Part shown: positions 27,644 to 36,608 of the stretch, in pieces | Layout of the letters: every line of letters starts with the position of its first letter | Position numbering within the stretch: position 1 is the first letter of the stretch | Program-made: the position numbers and the translations under genes | NCBI GenBank assembly: GCA_963796455.1 | Contig: CAWCLO010000001.1 | Coordinates: 1,088,001-1,152,000, forward strand | Reading direction: 5' to 3' | DNA length: 64,000 nt | Source of the DNA: Candidatus Sulfomarinibacteraceae bacterium | GTDB taxonomy: Bacteria > Acidobacteriota > Thermoanaerobaculia > Thermoanaerobaculales > Sulfomarinibacteraceae | The notes under the pieces: generated by a model | What the model saw: the letters and a program-made list of their open reading frames with translations, nothing else | The model's database searches: none | Told to the model about the DNA's origin: nothing

Positions 27644-30600
27644 CTATCTCATCCGAAAGGGCTCGGGAGCCTGATCCTCAAAACGCAGGAGATCACGCCG
27701 TGCGCGCTCGGCCAGTGGATCGCCGGTTGCCAAATAGACATCCAGGCGTCTCACGAGAACGCTGTACTCCCAGGGAACGTGCGGCTCGAGCTGATGAAAG
27801 ACCTCCGCCGTCACGTGTGGGCCGAGCATCGAGGCCATGAACAACAGGGCTTGCCGACGATCCTCATTGGCGACCGAAACTGCAAATTCCGACGTCAGCA
27901 CGTCAAAAAAGGCCGGGGCATATTCCGGCCGCTCCTCGGCAATCTCACGAGAGAGGTCGAGGGCGGCTTGAAGAAGGCCTGTCTGAATCCAGGGGTTGCT
28001 TTTCAGCTCGGCGAAAACAGCAATGAGTTGATCCACTGCGGCATCGGCTTCACCCATTCGCCACAGGTAGCGACTGGTGATACTTGCGGACTCGAGGGGC
28101 CACCAGGGTTCGAGCTGGCGCACGAGATCCATCGTGAGGAGGTCGCCCACATCTGCGCTGGCCAGTGCGAGAGCGGCAAGATCTATGAGAAATCGTGGAG
28201 CGACCTCACCCTCTGCCCGCTTCTGGCGAAGGGTTTCCAGATCGCCGGCGAGAAACGACTGGTAGAGATGGCGGGCAGAGTCGGCAGCGGATCCAAAACG
28301 AATATCCGCAGGGACTCCTCCATGAACCACGGCGTGCATCATGACCCGACCCGCATCCACAGCCTCCCAGTCGACGGCACCACCGGCGACACGCGGTCGA
28401 TCGAATCCCTTTTCTTGTGCTGCGGAGCGGAGATCTTCGATATTGAAAACCATTCTGCGCCCGACGGTTCGGGCAAAACCGAACTCCACGAGCATCCGGT
28501 CATCGGTGTTGATCCGGCTCTGACCTTCGGCAATCGCACGAGTGAAGGGCGCTGCGGCCACGAAGTGTGACAGAAAACCCTCCGCATCGTGGGTGCCCCA
28601 CGCCATCGCAAAGGCTGTTCGGAGCGGTTCCATGGCGAGACGCGATCGAAGACGGTCGATGCGCAGGGGGCTCGGGTCCGACATCGAGCACAAGAACATC
28701 ATGTCCACACCATTGGTCTGCCAGATCTCGATAAATGGAAAAACCGACCCGAGAGTCGCGACGACGGTACGAACCGTCTGGGTATCCACCTCGTAGGCCT
28801 GCATCCACTGGGTAAAGATGCCCCCCGGACGCAGTCGATTCGCGACCGCCCGGTAGAATTCGGATGTATACAGGCTGGCGATCCCGGCGCGATAGGGATT
28901 CGACGGCTCCGAAACGATGAGATCGTATTCCTGGCGATTGGCGAGCAGGACTTCGCGCCCGTCCGCGAGAAAGATCTGGCTCTTCGGGTTTTCCAGCACA
29001 TCGGCGTTGACCGGAGTGCAGATTCTGGCGACGTTGACGATCGCCGGTTCGAGCTCGACTGTGTCGACCCTTTCGATGGATTCAATCCGAGCGAGCCAGC
29101 CCGATGTGCTGCCGGTGCCGAGACCGACAACCAGGGCATGACGCGGTTCCGGGTGGATCGCTGCGCTGATCAGACCGGATCCGACCTGGGTCGATGCATC
29201 GGTCTTCGCGTTGCCGTCGTTCTTGCCGTTGACGATGAATGAGATACCGTTGGTCGCCAACAGGGCAACGCTCATTTCAAGGCCCTCTGCCTCCCAACTG
29301 ATGGTTCGCCGTATCTTGTTCGCCCATCGTTGCAGATCGTTTTTCTCCATCCCGATCAGGGTCGCGCGGCCCGCTCCGATGCCGCTGTGGCGCCACACCG
29401 CGGTGGGCCCCTGAAAACTGACGCTGGCAATGGCAGCGACACAGACAAGCGAGGTTCCCGCCAACCCGACGAATCGGCCTCTGTTCCTCATTGCGATGAC
29501 CATTCCGCCGAGCGAAAGCACCACCAGCAGCCAGACGACCAACCGCCAGGAGCCGGGTGCGGTGACAAAGGGCAAGATCAGGAAGCCGCCGAAAATCGAC
29601 CCCGCGATCGCCCCAACCGTGTTCCACGCGTAGGCTGTCCCGAGGTGACGGCCCACATCTTTTCGCCCGGAGCCAAGGAGCCCGATGAGCAGGGGGAACT
29701 GGTAGCCGGCAATCAGGGCAGCCGGAAAGATGACGACCGAGGCCACCACGAACCAACCTGCGAGCAACCCGGTGAATCCCATGACGCCCAGTGCTCGGAG
29801 CAATCCGGCAATCACGGCGATGTCGTCGCCAAAGGCGAAAGGCAGGCCGATCAGCAGGGCTTCGAGGGCGCAGGTGACGGTAAATAAGGCCACAGTCGGC
29901 CGAATCTTCTCTCGACCAACGGAGTACAGTCCCCCTCCTATACCCACTCCGAGAAGTGCCACAACGAGGATCAGGCCAAAGGTGTAGGTGGTCCCACCGA
30001 GAATCGGACCGAGCATTCGGTACCAGACGAGCTCCATGAGAAGGAACGCGAAGCCGACCACTCCGGCGGCGACATAGACAAACGAGGCCGGCACCGTCTC
30101 GGTGTCGGACGAAGGGGTGTTTTGCACCGCTATTTCATCCGAAATCTGCAAAACCGGCATCGTTCGGTTCATCTCTCGTGCCTTGAGGGCTATCAGCACG
30201 TTGATCGCGCACGCCAACCAGAGGGTATTGCGGGTCCCGAATACCTCGAGCATCCAAAAGGTCGAAACAAAGGCACCGAGAACGGCGCCGAGGGTGTTGG
30301 CGCCATAGAGCACCGCAAGATTCCGACGCGAGAGATCCTCCTCGGTCACTACCGATCGGCTTGCCGCCGGCAGGGTCCCCCCCATCAGAAAGGTCGGCAC
30401 CCCAAGGACGAGGGTCGAGAGGAGAAGCCGGACCAGGGTCGCCCCGACCAGGCCGAGGCTGACCGACCCACCCGTTGCGAGGTAAACCATCCTCGAACCG
30501 GCGATGATGAATGGCGTCAACGCGGCGATCACGGCGATCGAGAGCTCGAGCTTCGAATAAAACCCCAACGGCGTTTTCATGCGATCGACCCGGCGCCCGA

Positions 30601-30778
30601 GAATCGCTCCACCGAGACCGAGCCCGCCCATGAAGATCCCCAGAACGGTCGCGGTCGCGGCTGACGACGCGCCAAAAACGAGTCGCAATTCACGCAACCA
30701 GACCACCTGGTAGACCAGCGCACAGGCACCGGATCCAAACAAAAGTAATGCCACGCTCAGCGTGCGTCGGGTCGTCAT
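27644..30778 (-). CDS. Fused MFS-like/spermidine synthase-like protein
   Basis: SGACALVYQVVW, LYGANTLG, GLGTGST, DGRE and IVSEPSNP. Confidence 0.9.
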   Translation of the reverse strand: MTTRRTLSVALLLFGSGACALVYQVVWLRELRLVFGASSAATATVLGIFMGGLGLGGAILGRRVDRMKTPLGFYSKLELSIAVIAALTPFIIAGSRMVYLATGGSVSLGLVGATLVRLLLSTLVLGVPTFLMGGTLPAASRSVVTEEDLSRRNLAVLYGANTLGAVLGAFVSTFWMLEVFGTRNTLWLACAINVLIALKAREMNRTMPVLQISDEIAVQNTPSSDTETVPASFVYVAAGVVGFAFLLMELVWYRMLGPILGGTTYTFGLILVVALLGVGIGGGLYSVGREKIRPTVALFTVTCALEALLIGLPFAFGDDIAVIAGLLRALGVMGFTGLLAGWFVVASVVIFPAALIAGYQFPLLIGLLGSGRKDVGRHLGTAYAWNTVGAIAGSIFGGFLILPFVTAPGSWRLVVWLLVVLSLGGMVIAMRNRGRFVGLAGTSLVCVAAIASVSFQGPTAVWRHSGIGAGRATLIGMEKNDLQRWANKIRRTISWEAEGLEMSVALLATNGISFIVNGKNDGNAKTDASTQVGSGLISAAIHPEPRHALVVGLGTGSTSGWLARIESIERVDTVELEPAIVNVARICTPVNADVLENPKSQIFLADGREVLLANRQEYDLIVSEPSNPYRAGIASLYTSEFYRAVANRLRPGGIFTQWMQAYEVDTQTVRTVVATLGSVFPFIEIWQTNGVDMMFLCSMSDPSPLRIDRLRSRLAMEPLRTAFAMAWGTHDAEGFLSHFVAAAPFTRAIAEGQSRINTDDRMLVEFGFARTVGRRMVFNIEDLRSAAQEKGFDRPRVAGGAVDWEAVDAGRVMMHAVVHGGVPADIRFGSAADSARHLYQSFLAGDLETLRQKRAEGEVAPRFLIDLAALALASADVGDLLTMDLVRQLEPWWPLESASITSRYLWRMGEADAAVDQLIAVFAELKSNPWIQTGLLQAALDLSREIAEERPEYAPAFFDVLTSEFAVSVANEDRRQALLFMASMLGPHVTAEVFHQLEPHVPWEYSVLVRRLDVYLATGDPLAERARRDLLRFEDQAPEPFRMR

Positions 30779-30935
30779 GATGTGGCCTCCAACGGGGTGT
30801 GGCAGTGCCGCTCGGGTCGGCTCGATGTTCAATCAATAGTAGCACCAGCCCTGAGAAATCAGATGAATCCCGGACCACGGATCCCGGACTCCACGCTCCC
30901 GCCGAAATCAGAATGGACGAGGTTAGAATGTCCCC

Positions 30936-31775
30936 ATGAGTTCCGGAATTGACACCGATATCGACGCTGCCGCCCGGGCGATATCCGGCGCCGATGCTCT
31001 GTTCATCACCGCCGGGGCTGGGATGGGGGTCGACTCCGGGTTGCCGGATTTTCGCGGCAACACGGGGTTCTGGAGGGCCTATCCACCGATGAAGCGGCTC
31101 GGCATCTCTTTTGTCGACATGGCGAATCCGGCCTGGTTCTCCCGAGACCCGGCGTTGGCGTGGGGTTTCTACGGCCACCGATTGAAGCTCTACCGACGGA
31201 CCGTGCCGCACCGGGGTTTTGCCCTGCTCAAAAATTGGGCTGCATCGATGAAAGACGGCGGCTTCGTATTTACTTCGAACGTGGACGGGCAGTTCCAACT
31301 GGCCGGTTTTGCTCGCGACGAGGTCTCGGAGTGCCATGGTTCGATCAATCACCTTCAGTGCGCCACACCCTGCCACGAGGATATTTGGAGCGCCGCAGAA
31401 ATGGAGATCGCGGTCGATGAAGAATGTTTTCGGGCGGAAGATCCACTGCCGACCTGCCCGCGTTGCGGGTCGCTGGCCCGTCCCAACGTTCTCATGTTTG
31501 GCGATTGGCATTGGATTCCCAACCGTTGTTCAGCGCAGGAGCGCCGGCTCGAGGACTGGCTCGCCAAGGCCCGCGGAGAACGCCTGGTGATCGTGGAGAT
31601 TGGCGCAGGCTCGGCTGTGCCGACAGTCCGCATGACCTCCGAAAGGGTCGCAACCACGACCGGGGCGACGCTGGTTCGCATCAACCCGCGCGAAGCGCAG
31701 GCGCCTCATGGTCAGATCAGTATCCCGCTCGATGCGCTCGAAGCTCTGCAGTCGATCGACAACCGGCTCGGATAG
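30936..31775 (+). CDS. Sir2-family NAD-dependent deacylase
   Basis: AGAGMGVDSGLPDFRG, TSNVDG, ECHGS, zinc-binding cysteines and RPNVLMF. Confidence 0.92.
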   Translation: MSSGIDTDIDAAARAISGADALFITAGAGMGVDSGLPDFRGNTGFWRAYPPMKRLGISFVDMANPAWFSRDPALAWGFYGHRLKLYRRTVPHRGFALLKNWAASMKDGGFVFTSNVDGQFQLAGFARDEVSECHGSINHLQCATPCHEDIWSAAEMEIAVDEECFRAEDPLPTCPRCGSLARPNVLMFGDWHWIPNRCSAQERRLEDWLAKARGERLVIVEIGAGSAVPTVRMTSERVATTTGATLVRINPREAQAPHGQISIPLDALEALQSIDNRLG

Positions 31776-31885
31776 TGATCACTGTTCCCAGTCGCTGGTC
31801 TCAGCAGCTGACGCTGAAATTCGGGTACCGTGACGGATTCGGACTCCAAGGCCGGAACAGGTATGATGTCGCTGCGGAGGAAACA

Positions 31886-32230
31886 ATGGCAAAGATTTGG
31901 ATTCTACGGGGCCCACACGAGGCCCCCGGTTGGAATGTATTGCGAAAGAAATACGAAGACGAGGAGGTGGAAATCATCCATCTCGATGCCAAGGTCTGGG
32001 CCCTGATCGACGCCGAAGACGAACCCACCGGTTTTGAGGGTCTTCAGGCGGCAGAACCGACCGATGGTATGTATATCGATCCCAATGGGTCGCCGCTCTA
32101 TCTCCTTGGCGGGTTGGTCGTGAAAACGCCGGAGGAGCTGATCGAGGGCCTTGGAGATGCCGCGAAAGAGCTGCTGGCTTCAACGGGAGACACCGAAGTG
32201 ACCCTCCAGCGTCTCGGAAGAATATTCTGA
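31886..32230 (+). CDS. Hypothetical protein
   Basis: GGAGG precedes ATG; acidic 114-aa ORF. Confidence 0.65.
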   Translation: MAKIWILRGPHEAPGWNVLRKKYEDEEVEIIHLDAKVWALIDAEDEPTGFEGLQAAEPTDGMYIDPNGSPLYLLGGLVVKTPEELIEGLGDAAKELLASTGDTEVTLQRLGRIF

Positions 32231-32233
32231 CCG

Positions 32234-32878
32234 ATGCTGCGACGCTCGATTCCAGCCCTGTTGTTTGCCCTGATCGCGGTACCAGCGATGTCAATCGCCC
32301 AGACGTCGGAGTGGCGTCTCGGCGGTCGCGTCCTCTACGTTTCGGCGGAAGCGACCAGTGAAATCGTTGGCGACACCGGTTATCAACTCAAGCTCGACTC
32401 CGGACCGGGAATCGAATTCGACGCAAACGTCATGTTTTCGGAGCGCTTCGGAGCCGAATTCTCGATTGGCACATCGGCTCACCGCCTGAAGGCCATCGAG
32501 ACCGACTGTTGCAGTCTGGACGGCGGTCGGGTCTGGCTTGTGCCGATCACCGCGATCGCCCTCTACCACCATCCGATCTATGGCGAATGGGATCCCTACA
32601 TCGGCCTCGGAGTCGGCTGGTATCCGCCCTTCTACTCGATTTCCGGCGATCTTCAGAATACCGATGTCGAACGGCTCGACTTCGATGGAGAAGTGGGTCT
32701 CGCCTTTCAGATCGGTGTCAATTACCAGCTCGACAACCGGTGGTACGCCAATTTCAACCTGCGTTCGACACAGGTCGCTCTCGAGGCCCGGGTCACTTCG
32801 TCTGGAACCGACTACCCGCCGGTGAAGCTGAATATCAACCCGTTCACCATCGGTTTGGGCATCGGCTACAAGTACTGA
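32234..32878 (+). CDS. OmpW-family outer membrane beta-barrel
   Basis: Signal peptide; PYIGLGV; ends INPFTIGLGIGYKY. Confidence 0.85.
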   Translation: MLRRSIPALLFALIAVPAMSIAQTSEWRLGGRVLYVSAEATSEIVGDTGYQLKLDSGPGIEFDANVMFSERFGAEFSIGTSAHRLKAIETDCCSLDGGRVWLVPITAIALYHHPIYGEWDPYIGLGVGWYPPFYSISGDLQNTDVERLDFDGEVGLAFQIGVNYQLDNRWYANFNLRSTQVALEARVTSSGTDYPPVKLNINPFTIGLGIGYKY

Positions 32879-32881
32879 AGA

Positions 32882-33215
32882 AGGCCAGAGGCTAAAGGCT
32901 TTAGGCTGTAAGCTATAGGCTGTTGTGGCTTTGATTCTGTCGCCCCTTCAGGGCTGGTTATTCGGGGAGGGCACGGTACCTGGGGCTCGCGCCCCAAGGG
33001 TGCCGCGACGGACAATTCCAATTCTCTGATCCGGAGGCTGTTCGGTCACAGCCTTTGTCCTAAAGCTGAAAGCTCATAGCCCATAGCTCATAGCCCATAG
33101 CCCATAGCTCATAGCCCATAGCCCATAGCTCATAGCCCATAGCCCATAGCTCATAGCCCATAGCTCATAGCCCATAGCCCATAGCCCATAGCTCATAGCC
33201 CATAGCCCATAGCCC
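32882..33215. repeat. Inverted heptamer arrays (AGGCTNN)6 ... (ATAGCYC)20 enclosing a degenerate REP-like hairpin
   Basis: Left array 32882-32923; right array 33076-33215; GCCCCTTCAGGGC and TGGGGCTCGCGCCCCA lie between them. Confidence 0.9.
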
Positions 33216-33239
33216 ATAGGCTTTTTGATTGCCCTCGAG

Positions 33240-33761
33240 CTACTGAGCGACTCCCTCGTCGGCAAAATCACCCGGATCGTACGAATCGCCGTCGCCGGCC
33301 CTTTTCATCTGTTCGCGGACCATCTGCATATGCTCGACTTCTTCCTGCCGGAGTTCGGTAAAAAGCTCCCGAACCTCCGGGTCCTCGACTTCCGGCAACG
33401 CGCCATCGAAGAACTCGAAGGCCTTGGTTTCAGCCGCGAGCGCCACCGCGAGCGCATCCTGGATGGTCATGAAGGTCTTCGCCACCTCGTATCCGGGTGC
33501 CTCCACGTCCCACAGCAATGAGCTATCGACGTTGGTTTCCTGGTCGCCAAAGAGCTCGTTTCGTTTGGCCCGCAGTTCCTCGCCGTGCTTGGCCTCACAC
33601 CCGACCATGAAGCGGAAGAAGCGTGCCGCGTCGGCGGTGTTGTGAAGCTCGAGATTGTCCGCCAGTTCGCTATACCGCTGCTCAGCCTCGTCCTCGACCA
33701 GAATCGCCAGATCGAGGGCATCTTTGATCGACAAATTCGCGAATTCGATGTCAACGCTCAT
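33240..33761 (-). CDS. Rubrerythrin/ferritin-like di-iron protein
   Basis: LAILVEDEA..Y, EAKH, ALAAE...FF and EEVEH. Confidence 0.85.
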   Translation of the reverse strand: MSVDIEFANLSIKDALDLAILVEDEAEQRYSELADNLELHNTADAARFFRFMVGCEAKHGEELRAKRNELFGDQETNVDSSLLWDVEAPGYEVAKTFMTIQDALAVALAAETKAFEFFDGALPEVEDPEVRELFTELRQEEVEHMQMVREQMKRAGDGDSYDPGDFADEGVAQ

Positions 33762-33835
33762 TTTCCTGCCTACTCCCTTGAAGCTGTCCCGAACATGAAT
33801 GACTCTTCCTCTTCACCCCACCGACCTCAGCCTGA

Positions 33836-34621
33836 TCAGCCGAGGATGACTCCCCGCTTGGAAGTCGCGATGAATTCCAACACGAAATCAACATCCTTCT
33901 GACCCGCAAGCTCCTCATGGGCTTTTTCGACGGCTTGTGAGAGGTTGAGCTTCGGACTGTGAAGCAGCCGCCAAAGCTGTTTCAGCGCCTTCCGGCGGTC
34001 CTCCGAAAAACCCTTGCGTTCGAGACCGATGGTATTGGGCCCGTAACATTTTGGAGGACGGTTGCCGACTGTGCTCATGAACGGTAGACAGTCCTTGGCG
34101 GCGGCCGTAAAACCACCCAGGAACGCGTATTCGCCGACTCTGGTGAATTGGTGAATCGCAGTGATTGCACCTATTGTCGCGAAGTCGGCGACATCCACGT
34201 GTCCGGCCAAGGTGGCGTTGTTGGCGAAGATGGTGTTCGAACCCACGTTGCAGTCGTGCGCGATGTGGACGTAAGCCATGAAGAGGCTCGAACTGCCGAT
34301 ACGGGTCAGCCCACCACCACCGGGCGTGCCCCTGTGGAGCGTGACAAATTCGCGAAATGTATTGCCGTCACCGATTTCGAGGCGGGTCGCCTCACCTTCG
34401 TATTTGAGGTCCTGAGGCGGTGCGCCGACCGAGCAATGGCTTTCGAATCGATTGCCCACGCCGACGGAGGTCCCGGTACCGAACCTGCAAAACGGTCCGA
34501 TCTCGCAATCGGCACCGATCTCGACTCCATTCTCGATGACAGTGTAGGGGCCCACCGACACGCCATCGGCGATGACCGCGCCGGGATCAATGACCGAGCT
34601 CGGATGAATATGCGCCGGCAT
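33836..34621 (-). CDS. lpxA: UDP-N-acetylglucosamine O-acyltransferase
   Basis: PQDLKY, HRGT, HIAHDC, LAGHV and HQF. Confidence 0.95.
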   Translation of the reverse strand: MPAHIHPSSVIDPGAVIADGVSVGPYTVIENGVEIGADCEIGPFCRFGTGTSVGVGNRFESHCSVGAPPQDLKYEGEATRLEIGDGNTFREFVTLHRGTPGGGGLTRIGSSSLFMAYVHIAHDCNVGSNTIFANNATLAGHVDVADFATIGAITAIHQFTRVGEYAFLGGFTAAAKDCLPFMSTVGNRPPKCYGPNTIGLERKGFSEDRRKALKQLWRLLHSPKLNLSQAVEKAHEELAGQKDVDFVLEFIATSKRGVILG

Positions 34622-35049
34622 CAGCGGTCCGCCACGGCGCACATCAGTTCAGCTTCGCACACTACGTCACCATCAACCGTGGCACGTCCTCGAATCTTGG
34701 CGAAGCCTCGTTTTTTTGCCATGAGTTGGATCTCGAAGGTCAATTGATCCCCCGGCACGACCGGTTTTCGGAATCTGCATTTGTCGATGCCGGTGAAATA
34801 GATCAACTTATCTCCGCGATCCTCCATAGCGCTCAGGAGAAGAAACCCTCCCGCCTGCGCCATCGCCTCGACGATCAGGACCCCAGGCATCACCGGCACA
34901 CCGGGGAAATGACCCAGGAAATGGGGTTCGTTGAACGTCACGTTCTTGATGGCCCGAATGGACTCCTCGTCCATCTCGACAATCCGGTCGATGAGCAGGA
35001 ACGGGTAACGATGGGGCATCACCGCAAGGATCTCGCCGATATCTCTCAT
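34621..35049 (-). CDS. fabZ: 3-hydroxyacyl-ACP dehydratase
   Basis: [10 protein letters not shown] and [19 protein letters not shown]. Confidence 0.95.
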   Translation of the reverse strand: MRDIGEILAVMPHRYPFLLIDRIVEMDEESIRAIKNVTFNEPHFLGHFPGVPVMPGVLIVEAMAQAGGFLLLSAMEDRGDKLIYFTGIDKCRFRKPVVPGDQLTFEIQLMAKKRGFAKIRGRATVDGDVVCEAELMCAVADR

Positions 35050-36077
35050 GATTTCTCCTCCAACTCGGTGAGACGCCTCTCGAGCATTTTGACCGTGTCG
35101 CGCAATTTGCCGATACGCTGCACGTTGGCCTGTGTCTTGAGCCATTCGGCATGGGGCCGTCCCGGGTACCCGGAAAGTGTCACGCCGTCGGGCACGTCCT
35201 TGATGGCTACAGCACGGGCCGCGAGCACGACGCCGTTGCCGATCTTGAGGTGTCCCGAACACCCGGACTGACCGGCAAAAACCGTATGGTGCCCGATCTT
35301 GCTCGAACCCGAGATCCCGACCTGCGCCACCAACAGACAATGTTCGCCGATCTCGACGTTGTGGGCGATCTGGACGAGATTGTCGACCTTTGTGCCGCGA
35401 CCGATCCGGGTCTCGCCGAGCGCTGCGCGATCGACACAGACATTGGCGCCGAGCTCGACATCATCTTCGATCACGACGATGCCAACCTGTCGCACCTTGT
35501 GATGCACGCCCTCGACGGTGGCAAATCCGAAACCGTCGGCGCCGATCACCGTCCCGGAGTGGACGATGCATCGGTCGCCGAGTCGGCAGTGGTCCTCAAC
35601 GACCACCCTTGGATGGAGCCGGCAGTCTGAACCGACGACCACACCGCGGCCCAATATACAGCCCGCAGAGATGACGGTGTTGCTTCCGATGGAGGCACCA
35701 CCGCCAACGGTTGCGAGCGGGCCCACGGATGATCCATCGCCAACGACCGCATCTTCGGCCACAACCGCCGTTGGGTGAATTCCCGCGGGCGGCCGTTCGA
35801 TCGGATGGAAGACATCCACGGCCCTTGCCAAGGCCATGTACGGCTCCTTGCACACAAGAAGGTTGCGGTCCGGGAGCACGGCCGGATCCGCCACCAGAAT
35901 GGCGCCCGCCTTCGAGGCTCGAGCCTCCTCCACATATTTCGGATTGTGAAGAAAACTCAGATCATGAGCTTCCGCCGAATCGAGGGGACGCACCCCTCGA
36001 ATCAACACATCTCCATCACCGACCACCTCGGCCCCGAGATCGACCGCGAGGTCGCCAAGCCGAACCGACTGTGTCAC
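35046..36077 (-). CDS. lpxD: UDP-3-O-acylglucosamine N-acyltransferase
   Basis: Hexapeptide repeats; GADGFGF and [12 protein letters not shown]. Confidence 0.95.
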   Translation of the reverse strand: MTQSVRLGDLAVDLGAEVVGDGDVLIRGVRPLDSAEAHDLSFLHNPKYVEEARASKAGAILVADPAVLPDRNLLVCKEPYMALARAVDVFHPIERPPAGIHPTAVVAEDAVVGDGSSVGPLATVGGGASIGSNTVISAGCILGRGVVVGSDCRLHPRVVVEDHCRLGDRCIVHSGTVIGADGFGFATVEGVHHKVRQVGIVVIEDDVELGANVCVDRAALGETRIGRGTKVDNLVQIAHNVEIGEHCLLVAQVGISGSSKIGHHTVFAGQSGCSGHLKIGNGVVLAARAVAIKDVPDGVTLSGYPGRPHAEWLKTQANVQRIGKLRDTVKMLERRLTELEEKS

Positions 36078-36592
36078 TGGACGGTGTTGAACCTCTGAAT
36101 GACCTCGTCCGTGATATCGACCGTCTCATCGGCATACACCAGACCGGACTGGAATTTGTTGAAGATCATCGTGATCCCCTTTTCCTGACCGATCTGATTG
36201 ATGATTGGCAGAATCCTCTCTTCGAGTCCACCGAGCTCTCGCCGGCGTGCCTCTTCGAGCTCTCGCTTGGCATCATCCTCGAAACGACGGATGGCGATCG
36301 TCTTGTCCTCGAGCTCTTTGTTCATTTCCGCCAGGCGTTCCTCGGAAACGGTGAAACGCTGTTTGTTGAACTGGTCCTGAAGGTTGGCGAGGTCCTGCTG
36401 CAGGCCCTGGCCTTCCTGGACCTTGGCGTCGGACAGCACCTTCAGCTTCTGGATGGCTTGTTTGCCGGGATCGGACTCGGAAACTACCCGCTGAACATCG
36501 ATGACGGCGAGGCTGCCTTGCGCCGCCGCCGGAATCGCTATCGCCATCACGAGCGCGGCCACTGCCGCCACAAAACATTTCGAACGATACAT
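36074..36592 (-). CDS. skp: OmpH/Skp periplasmic chaperone
   Basis: Signal peptide; LAVIDVQRV; DITDEVI; located after bamA. Confidence 0.9.
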   Translation of the reverse strand: MYRSKCFVAAVAALVMAIAIPAAAQGSLAVIDVQRVVSESDPGKQAIQKLKVLSDAKVQEGQGLQQDLANLQDQFNKQRFTVSEERLAEMNKELEDKTIAIRRFEDDAKRELEEARRRELGGLEERILPIINQIGQEKGITMIFNKFQSGLVYADETVDITDEVIQRFNTVQ

Positions 36593-36608
36593 GAGGTCCT
36601 CCATATGC

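Noticed and set aside
33074..33271. Repetitive small ORFs (MSYGLWA, and similarly GLGLGAW and SSAPLLLC at ~45.9 kb and ~57.1 kb)
   Set aside because: Translations of non-coding 7- and 8-mer arrays.
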